A stretch of 64,000 nt of DNA. It comes from an uncultured delta proteobacterium. GTDB lineage: Bacteria; Bdellovibrionota; FAC87; UBA2466. Shown piece by piece: positions 56,774 through 64,000 of this stretch (its first letter is position 1; each line of letters begins with the position of its first letter). The stretch lies in assembly GCA_963778115.1 (NCBI GenBank), contig CAVZSV010000004.1, forward strand, positions 1,088,001-1,152,000. The letters run 5' to 3'. Both the position numbers and the translations under genes were made by a program. The notes below the pieces were generated by a model. The model did no database searches. It was given only the letters and a program-made list of their open reading frames with translations, and was not told where the DNA came from.

Positions 56774-57935
56774 TTGCGTCCGTGGGGATCTTTATTTGGG
56801 GAAAGGGATACTCCAGTGGTGGGAGTGATTAAGAAATTACGGAAAAATTGGCTTACCAAACGCACGTTAAAAGCCTCCTGTTTTCGGTCTGTTTTCTTTT
56901 GGAATCCTCTTATCTGCTGCTTCTTCACCCTTTTTTTCGGAGAGACCGATCACTTTGCCCGAGTGTGGCTTCGCTCCTTTCTAATTAGTTCGGGAGTTTC
57001 GATTTTTTGTTTTAGCGCCGTGGGAATGGTCGCGAAAGTAGAGAATGCCTTTGCCAAATGGCGAAATCGTCCCGCTCCCGTGCACCCCATCTCTTGGTAC
57101 TACTCCATCTCAGGCTTTTTCATGCCTTTAGGGCTTTGGGTCTCTTTTCAGTTCACAGGCTTTGTGCTCCATCTGTTAGGAATGCGTTGGCATCCCCCCG
57201 ACCTCGACGACTATCGCATTGGACTATTACTAGGAGCTCTTATCTGTGGACTCTTTTTCTTAGTCCGAACTCGAAACGATGCGAGAGAGGCGGATAAAGC
57301 TACACAGTTAAAAGTAAAGCATTTGGAAAACGATCGGCTGAAAGCTCAGATCTCAGCCCTTACCGCTCAGATGAATCCTCACCTTCTCTTTAATGCTCTC
57401 AATACTATCGCATCTTTAGTTCCTAACGATCCTAAGCAAGCCGAAGATACTATCTTAAGACTCGCTGAACTTTACCGCGGAGTTTTGGAATCAAGTAAAC
57501 ACTCCACCCATTCTTTATCTACCGAAATTGAAATTTGTCGTGCGTACCTAGCGGTGGAGCACGCCAGATTTGGAGATAGGCTCGGCGTATCTATCGAAAT
57601 AGAAGAAGGGTTAAATATGAATGCCGTCCAGGTCCCCGTACTCACCGTACAACCGCTCGTAGAAAATGCGGTAAAGCATGGCATCTCTAATGTATCGCGA
57701 GGCGGTCAAGTGCGTCTTCGAGTCCAACAACAGGAACAAACTCTGCAGATTCTCTGTAGAAGACGACAGTGTGGGAATAGGGCAATCGACGCGTAAGGGC
57801 TCTGGAACCGGAATCGCTAACTGCAGAGAGCGCCTGAAACTTACTTACGGCTCCTCGGGAAGCCTCGATATTTTCACGAGAGCGGAAGGAGGCACTCGGG
57901 CTGTCCTGATAATGCCACAGGAGCATAGCGCATGA
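56774..57935 (+). pseudogene. LytS/YehU-family histidine kinase with a frameshift at ~57750
   Basis: AQMNPHLLFNALNTI, VQPLVENAVKHG; the tail SVEDDSVG...GTGIANCRERL...GGT is in a different frame. Confidence 0.8.
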
Positions 57936-58672
57936 TCCGAACTCTTCTCGTTGACGATGAAATTCCGGCACGCACCCGTCTCTCTCGAATTCTAAAAGAA
58001 ATGGCTGACGTTGAGATCGTCGGAGAGGCTTCCGATGGAAAAGAAGCATTGATAGAGATCGATAGGCTCAATCCTGACTTAGTCCTGTTGGATATTGAAA
58101 TGCCTGAATTAGACGGATTGGAAGTCGCTTCCGCACTTAGCGGAAAAGGACCAGCGATAGTCTTTATCACGGCCTATGACGAACATGCCCTTAAAGCGTT
58201 TGAGCTCAGCGCCATCGATTATTTGGTAAAACCACCGACACAAGCCCGAGTTGAGGCAGCTTTGGCGAAGATCCGAAACCGCTCAAACCCCAAGATCGAC
58301 CTTTCCACTTTCTTAAAAAACTTCCCCACAGAGCGAATCCATCGCCTCGCCGTGAAGTGTGGAGCTAAGTACGTCATTTTCGATCCCAGAAAGATTTCCG
58401 CTATCGTAGCCAAGGACCACTATTCCGCGATCACCGTCGAGGGAAGAGAGCTTTTGGCCGATGATCCTCTGGATGTCATTACCGAGAGGCTTAATTCGGA
58501 TTCGTTTATTCGTATTCACCGAAGTGCGGTGATTAATGTCGACTATTTGGGAGAGCTGGAACGCGAAGGGGATCGCAAGTACACGGCCGTAATGTCCGAT
58601 CAAAATAAAACCAGAGTTCCCGTGAGCCGAGAACGACTGAACGAGCTTAAAGAACGATTAGGACTCTTTTAA
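57932..58672 (+). CDS. LytTR-family response regulator
   Basis: LVDDE, LDIEMP, AIDYLVKP, FIRIHRS, VSRER. Confidence 0.95.
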   Translation: MIRTLLVDDEIPARTRLSRILKEMADVEIVGEASDGKEALIEIDRLNPDLVLLDIEMPELDGLEVASALSGKGPAIVFITAYDEHALKAFELSAIDYLVKPPTQARVEAALAKIRNRSNPKIDLSTFLKNFPTERIHRLAVKCGAKYVIFDPRKISAIVAKDHYSAITVEGRELLADDPLDVITERLNSDSFIRIHRSAVINVDYLGELEREGDRKYTAVMSDQNKTRVPVSRERLNELKERLGLF

Positions 58673-58701
58673 TTCACAGCGAGATTTCAAAAATAAAAAA
58701 A

Positions 58702-58733
58702 CCCGGCTACTCTGCATCGCAGAAGTAGCCGGG
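58702..58733 (-). terminator. Intrinsic terminator
   Basis: CCCGGCTACT/AGTAGCCGGG hairpin with an A-tract on the left. Confidence 0.7.
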
Positions 58734-58750
58734 CGATAACTTAATAGACT

Positions 58751-60310
58751 CTAGTTTCCCGGAGTGGGAGCCGGAGCAGGATCCGGTTCACCTTGAACTA
58801 CGTCGGGATTTCCGCCGAACGAAGTGATGATATCATTCACCACTTGCAGACGGGCTAGATCATCCGCGTTCATCGTCTGAGAATCGGGAACAAAGACCGC
58901 AGTCTGCGTATTGTTCACCAGATCCAGGACTGCTTTGAACGGAAGATGGATATCTCCGCGATCCACGAAGCCTTCCATCACGACAGCCTGATTGTTCAGG
59001 TTTTCGTAGTGAGTAACAACGACGTCGTTATCTCCCAATTGGAAGCTAGCTTGAAGAACGTCGGAGACTTCATCCGTTAGATAACCAAGAGCCGTCTCAA
59101 GGGCCGCTCTAAAGTTATACTGGTTCTGAACCGACATCCCGTTCACGTCGATGGCCAAGTCGCGAAGTGTTTCGGTCGGGAAAAAGACTCCCGCGAAACT
59201 AAATGGCGTAACGGGATAGGTTGGATAATCCACTCCGTACCATTCTTCGTAGAAAGTGACGTCGAACAAGGTGGCATCGACATACAACCACGAGATGATC
59301 GGATAGTAGAAGTACGCTTCGAACTCGACCCAAGGTAGTACTGGATAGTAATAACCACCGCAGAATCCGTAGGCAAAGTAGGAACTGCAACCGTAGCGGA
59401 ACGCGTTATCACGATAGTAATTTTGATAACCGTTCACCCTTTGTTGAATTCCAGGCCCGTAGGCCTGTCGAAACCGGTCTTCATTTCCACGAAGACGATC
59501 CGAAGCTCCTTGTGAGTAATTGAAGCTAGCTTTCTTCTGGTTGATCACCGTGAAGTTGTTTTGAGTATAAGAATTGTACAACTCACTCGGTTTCTGATGA
59601 GCAACCACGTTCGGAGGATTCTGAACCGTCACAGGATGGCTAGGATCGATTCCTCCTTTGCCATTTCCCATTCCGCTGGGATGCCCTCCCGCATGTCCAC
59701 CACCAGGCGGATTGTTGAATCCAGGGTGTCCACCAGGATTACCGCCGGGATTTCCTCCAGGGTGTCCGCCGGGATTACCACCGGGATTTCCTCCAGGGTG
59801 TCCGCCGGGATTACCACCGGGATTTCCTCCAGGGTGTCCGCCGGGATTACCGCCGGGATTTCCTCCAGGGTGTCCGCCGGGATTACCACCGGGATTTCCT
59901 CCAGGGTGTCCGCCACCACCGCCTCCGCCTCCACCACCGCCAGGATGAAAACCTCCACCGCCTCCACCGCCGCCTCCGCCAGGATGAAAACCTCCACCGC
60001 CTCCACCGCCTCCACCGCCTCCACCGCCTCCACCGCCTCCACCGCCTCCACCGCCGCCTCCGCCAGGATGAAAACCTCCACCGCCTCCACCGCCGCCTCC
60101 GCCAGGATGAAAGCCTCCACCGCCGCCACCGCCGCCTCCGGGATGGCCTCCGCCGCCTCCGCCGCCACCTCGCGCAGGTGACGCCATGGTAGCGATCTTA
60201 GCTGGTTGTGAAATTTGTAAGGCCGTTGCTGTGTCCGCCCAAGATGCGGACGAAAGGAAAAACGCAGACGAAACCGCGAGGGTTAGTCGCGGAGCTGTAA
60301 CTTTTAACAT
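58751..60310 (-). CDS. Secreted Gly-rich repeat protein with Tyr-rich middle and globular C-terminus
   Basis: Signal peptide; poly-G/GFHP and GGHPGGNPGGNP repeats; upstream sigma54 TGGCACAAAAACTGCT (60427-60442, minus). Confidence 0.75.
   Translation of the reverse strand: MLKVTAPRLTLAVSSAFFLSSASWADTATALQISQPAKIATMASPARGGGGGGGGHPGGGGGGGGGFHPGGGGGGGGGGFHPGGGGGGGGGGGGGGGGGGGGGGGGGFHPGGGGGGGGGGFHPGGGGGGGGGGGHPGGNPGGNPGGHPGGNPGGNPGGHPGGNPGGNPGGHPGGNPGGNPGGHPGGNPGGNPGGHPGFNNPPGGGHAGGHPSGMGNGKGGIDPSHPVTVQNPPNVVAHQKPSELYNSYTQNNFTVINQKKASFNYSQGASDRLRGNEDRFRQAYGPGIQQRVNGYQNYYRDNAFRYGCSSYFAYGFCGGYYYPVLPWVEFEAYFYYPIISWLYVDATLFDVTFYEEWYGVDYPTYPVTPFSFAGVFFPTETLRDLAIDVNGMSVQNQYNFRAALETALGYLTDEVSDVLQASFQLGDNDVVVTHYENLNNQAVVMEGFVDRGDIHLPFKAVLDLVNNTQTAVFVPDSQTMNADDLARLQVVNDIITSFGGNPDVVQGEPDPAPAPTPGN
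59721..60170. repeat. Coding tandem repeats: five 36-bp units plus CCACCGCCT/CCAGGATGAAAA arrays
   Basis: CCAGGGTGTCCGCCGGGATTACCACCGGGATTTCCT repeated from 59721 to ~59910. Confidence 0.9.
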
Positions 60311-60668
60311 TATTCTTCTCCCCTACCAAAAGAGACTTGAGCCCCAACTGAATTGATTAGCCGTCCCGCAGTAACTAGAAACTAATTTCAAAAGTCCTGA
60401 CTCAGGTCGTAACTGATCAGAGCTTCAGCAGTTTTTGTGCCAAGGATCGGACCAGAGTCGCTTTTCCTTGGGTGACCAGATCGCCTTGAAATGATGAACC
60501 TTTCGGGAAGCGCCGTTTCTTTCGTCCCGAGAAAATAGAAGTGCTCGTTTTGGAACCGTGAAATAACTTCGGTGTTATTTTGGGACAGCGCCCAATAAAA
60601 GTGAAAGGTGGAATTGAACCTTTATATCGCTGCGTGTTAAAGAAGAAAGGCTCGTTGAAGTTAGGGGA

Positions 60669-61787
60669 ATGTACCGGAATATAGGAGAGGCATTGAACGT
60701 TTCCAGGCAGAGTCTTCTTTTATGCATCCTCTTTCCTTTGTGGTCTTACGGCGACCCTCTCATCCCCGGACCTACGCAATCTCTCCCACTTAACCCCGCG
60801 TGTGACTCTTCGGTCGCTCTCACAGTGTCGCTCCAGGAGATTGAATCGGCCGCCACGAGAATTGGGAGATATCTCTCTCCCACTCGGCTAGTTCGAAGCG
60901 AGATCCTATCAAACCAGTTCCACGCCGAGGTTTGGCTTAAATTAGAAATGGACCATCCGATAGGCGCTTTCAAAATACGGGGTGCTCTCAATAAGATATT
61001 GCAGCTGACCAGCGAACAACGAAAACACGGAATCATCGCGGCAAGTTCCGGTAACCACGCGTTGGGTGTCGCATGGGCAGCTCGAGAACTGGGATTAAAG
61101 TGTGTAATCGTAATGCCGGTTTCCGTTCCCGAAACCAAAAGAAGCAAAGCAGAGAAATTAGGGGCCGAAATCATCCAAACGGGTGAGGACTTTTCTCAAG
61201 CACAAGAAAGAGCCTTCAAGATTCGGGAACAGCGCGGGCTCGTTCTCATTCATCCCTTTGAAGATGCTGAGATCATCGCGGGACAAGGAACTGTGGTTCT
61301 TGAGATTTTAAGACAACTCCCCCAAGTCAATCTCCTCATATCCCCTGTGGGAGGAGGAGGTCTCATCGGAGGTATTTCGACAGTGCTAAAATCCCGTCCG
61401 GAAATTCGGGTAGTCGGTGTCCAACCAGTGGCCGCGGCAACTATGATCGGAGCTTTTCGAGAAGGACGTGCCATATCCATTCCAGTGGCTAACACTGTCG
61501 CTGACGGAGTGAAAATTTCTCAAGGCAGTGAAAGAATGTACCAACTCCTTAAGTCTCTCATTCCGTCTGAAAATCTTCTTGCGGTCGAAGAGGCGGCTAT
61601 TAAACGCGCGATGCAAACGCTTCAAAACGACGAGGGACTTGTGGTTGAAGGCTCGGGAGCCCTCTCTCTCGCCGGCCTAAATGAACTAAGTGCTCAAGCC
61701 CCCAGTCAGGTTCGCGGAAAAACCATAGTGCTTATCCTCAGCGGTGGGAACGTCGATACCTTTGGCGAAGCAAAAGAGTATCCTTAA
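60669..61787 (+). CDS. PLP-dependent threonine/serine dehydratase (no ACT domain)
   Basis: AFKIRGA, ASSGNHA, PVGGGGL, ILSGGNVD. Confidence 0.9.
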   Translation: MYRNIGEALNVSRQSLLLCILFPLWSYGDPLIPGPTQSLPLNPACDSSVALTVSLQEIESAATRIGRYLSPTRLVRSEILSNQFHAEVWLKLEMDHPIGAFKIRGALNKILQLTSEQRKHGIIAASSGNHALGVAWAARELGLKCVIVMPVSVPETKRSKAEKLGAEIIQTGEDFSQAQERAFKIREQRGLVLIHPFEDAEIIAGQGTVVLEILRQLPQVNLLISPVGGGGLIGGISTVLKSRPEIRVVGVQPVAAATMIGAFREGRAISIPVANTVADGVKISQGSERMYQLLKSLIPSENLLAVEEAAIKRAMQTLQNDEGLVVEGSGALSLAGLNELSAQAPSQVRGKTIVLILSGGNVDTFGEAKEYP

Positions 61788-62900
61788 CGAGTAATCGGAA
61801 GGTTAATCTTAAGATTAATAAACTGGGTTCTTTCTAAATGACGCTTGCGGTCGAGAACACCGTTGAGGGAAACCCAGAGGTAGGGTGCGGCGGCGGCATG
61901 GAACGGTGCTAACCCACTCTTGCGCATCCCCACGCCAAAGGGCCGTAAACCCCCAAACCCAAAAAAAGAAAACCAATTTATCCGCCGCGCGACGGCAAAA
62001 AAATAATCCCGGTCCGAGATCCGAAAATAAAGAGAAAAAAAACGAAAGCGCCAGCGACAGAACAATCTTCTCACTCCTCCGTCTTCATAACGGCCTCGCA
62101 CAAAAGAAAGCAGGGACTCCTAGGAAGGCCCGTCTCAAATTACAGAACGAGGTCCATGCACTAGTCATCACCCAAGCACCAGCGTCGGAAGGTACAAACT
62201 TTTCCTGAGCGGAGCGACGGCACAGGTTAGACGTTCTTGAATAAACAACTCTTGCGCACCCCAACGCCAAAGTAAGCCCCCCAAACCCAAAAATCCGAGA
62301 AGAAAGAGAAAAAAAATAGGATGCGTCGGACAAATTATGATTGACACGATTCCTCAAAGAATCGGGTTATGGGAGTCATGACTTGTCCGCTGGTAAATAA
62401 ACCACGCTCCTCTTCGTTTCCTTCGACGCTACGAGATTGTTTTTTGGGTAATCACCTGGGCTCCTCACATGATTCGAATCATGTTGCAGTGACGTAAATA
62501 CCGCAAAAAAAGTCACTCCAAAAACCCGTGTTAGAAATAGAACAACACGGAGGTTTGTAGGTGGAGACAAGATTTTATAGCGCTTTCTTTAAATAATAGT
62601 GAATTAGTAAGTCGATTTCGTCGGTCGGTGAAAGCCGAAAGAAAGATTCAAGCGCAGGTATTAGCGTACCTAGCTGTGATAGAGCAGCGAAAGATTTTTG
62701 CGGTAGAAGGGTGACCACATCATTCCGTGGGCTGTGGGAGGTAAACATGAATCGAGGAATGTGAGGTGGCTGTGTAGTACGCATAATCAGCTGGAGGCGG
62801 ATAAGTTTTTTGGGAAAGCTTGGATGGACCAATGCCGGGGGAAGAACAGACCGGAACAAGGTCAGTTGCTTAACTAACCATCCACTTTACGAGGGGAAGC

Positions 62901-63068
62901 GACTTCCGCTTCCCTGTCACCACAGGCCTTTCAGAGGGTATTAACCGCGCCATCAAGGGCCTTAAATGGCAGGCCTATGGCTACAAAGACATGGAGTACT
63001 TCAAACTTAAAATTCTCCAAAAGGTGGGTTACCTAAACTACCGATATTGTTTAATCGCAAACTTTTAA
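62901..63068 (+). pseudogene. ISL3-family transposase C-terminal remnant
   Basis: DFRFPVTTGLSEGINRAIKGLKWQAYGYKDMEYFKLKILQKVGYLN. Confidence 0.75.
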
Positions 63069-63273
63069 GAGAAAGGGCCATAAACTGTCTAACTATTTTA
63101 CACTCTAATCAAAGTCCGAAACCTCCCGACGCAAATGTGCTAACAACTTCAAAATTTTGCACATGTTCTCAAGGCAGCGTTCCATCAATTTTTGACATTC
63201 GTCCGGTACCCTAAACTCTGGCGAGGTTTATTTTTCCTTAGCAAAAACCATCGCCTGAGGAGGGTTTAGCTCC

Positions 63274-64000
63274 GTGCGACTGCGAAGACTTTATTTTTTC
63301 GCCTTTGTTTTCATGGTGGCTTCGTCGTTAGCTATTGCTGAAACAGATCCCACCCCGTCGAACTCACCTGAAATTTGGTCGAAACCCGAGTCGGGTCAAG
63401 TGCGAGAGCAGAGCCCCGCGACGCCCTCCGCTTCGCCGTCACCGTCACCTTCGCCTTCGCCCTCTCCCATGTATTACCCTTGGGCTAGGCCCGCGGAAAC
63501 CCCGGACGAACCCACGTCTCCTAATGACATTTGGTCGAAGCCAGAGCCGGGAAATACACGTGTGACTCCCCCCCCTCCCCCGAGATATTACGTAAGGCCT
63601 TCACCAGAACCGGATTATGAATCGGATTGGAAAAATGAGAACGATTCGTGGCACAAAGAGATTGGGTTTTCGATAGGAACTCCTTCAATTTTGAATATCG
63701 ATCTTGGCTACTGGGGATCTAAGTCGTTTCCCTTGCTGGTGAGATTCTCCGGAATGTATTACGGCGACACCCGGGGAGCACAAGTCGACGTGGGGTATAT
63801 CTTTTCGCAGCATTTTCACATGCGGCAATACTTTGCCTTGTCAGCCACGTCGCTACAGACTTCGGTGGATTATTTTTCTTTTAGCTCCAATAGCAATGTC
63901 ACCGCATATCAGGATGCTTTTAATGGCGTGGGACCTACGTATGGCTTCAATTGGGATGGAGTCAATTTCCAAGTGGGTGTTGCCTTTGGTCAGGATCACT
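63274..64000 (+). CDS. Secreted Pro-rich protein with probable outer-membrane beta-barrel (runs off window end)
   Basis: GAGGAGG SD, GTG start MRLRRLYFFAFVFMVASSLAIA; SPSP repeats; alternating strands EIGFSIG, GAQVDVGY, FQVGVAFG. Confidence 0.7.
   Translation, partial: MRLRRLYFFAFVFMVASSLAIAETDPTPSNSPEIWSKPESGQVREQSPATPSASPSPSPSPSPSPMYYPWARPAETPDEPTSPNDIWSKPEPGNTRVTPPPPPRYYVRPSPEPDYESDWKNENDSWHKEIGFSIGTPSILNIDLGYWGSKSFPLLVRFSGMYYGDTRGAQVDVGYIFSQHFHMRQYFALSATSLQTSVDYFSFSSNSNVTAYQDAFNGVGPTYGFNWDGVNFQVGVAFGQDH

Noticed and set aside
59721..59915. CRISPR array (36-bp repeats)
   Set aside because: Units are contiguous with no unique spacers, encode in-frame Gly-rich repeats, and no cas genes are present
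59561..60181. Alternative-frame repeat ORFs (AVE, TAS, PPG)
   Set aside because: Shadows of the Gly-rich gene

Overview
Accessory-rich bacterial window. The host is plausibly Bdellovibrionota/deltaproteobacterial-like, inferred only from motif style (many sigma54 promoters, TGCAA-N5-TTGCA Zur-type boxes). (1) 1-~21 kb is a tandem stack of integrative elements at a tRNA-Ala(TGC) site, with tRNA-derived att cores at 8189-8208 and 11793-11837. Element 1 carries a tyrosine integrase (partial), excisionase, Replic_Relax relaxase, a nested hairpin and defence-like genes. Element 2 is a 3.6-kb cassette with no integrase. A zinc-homeostasis block may be a third element. Elements 1 and 2 each carry a homologous LysM protein with a hydrophobic C-terminus, followed by an unrelated small membrane protein, behind the same sigma54 promoter architecture. 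This is a candidate polymorphic toxin-immunity system and the most interesting signal here. (2) A complete IS4/IS50-like element with a 9-bp target duplication sits inside a REP-like palindrome. (3) 22.7-41 kb is a stress/carbohydrate block: ClC, Mrp-like operon, MscS, TPP oxidase, FAD/FeS oxidoreductase, enolase-superfamily enzyme, ASRT, GH39, GH144-like, SDR. (4) 41-56 kb holds envelope genes that share an OmpR-type box with a local two-component system. (5) The end contains an orphan FlgC-like secreted protein, LytS/LytTR, a Gly-rich protein, a Thr dehydratase and an ISL3 remnant. Four genes carry single frameshifts or stops. Family calls come from motif recognition, not database searches.
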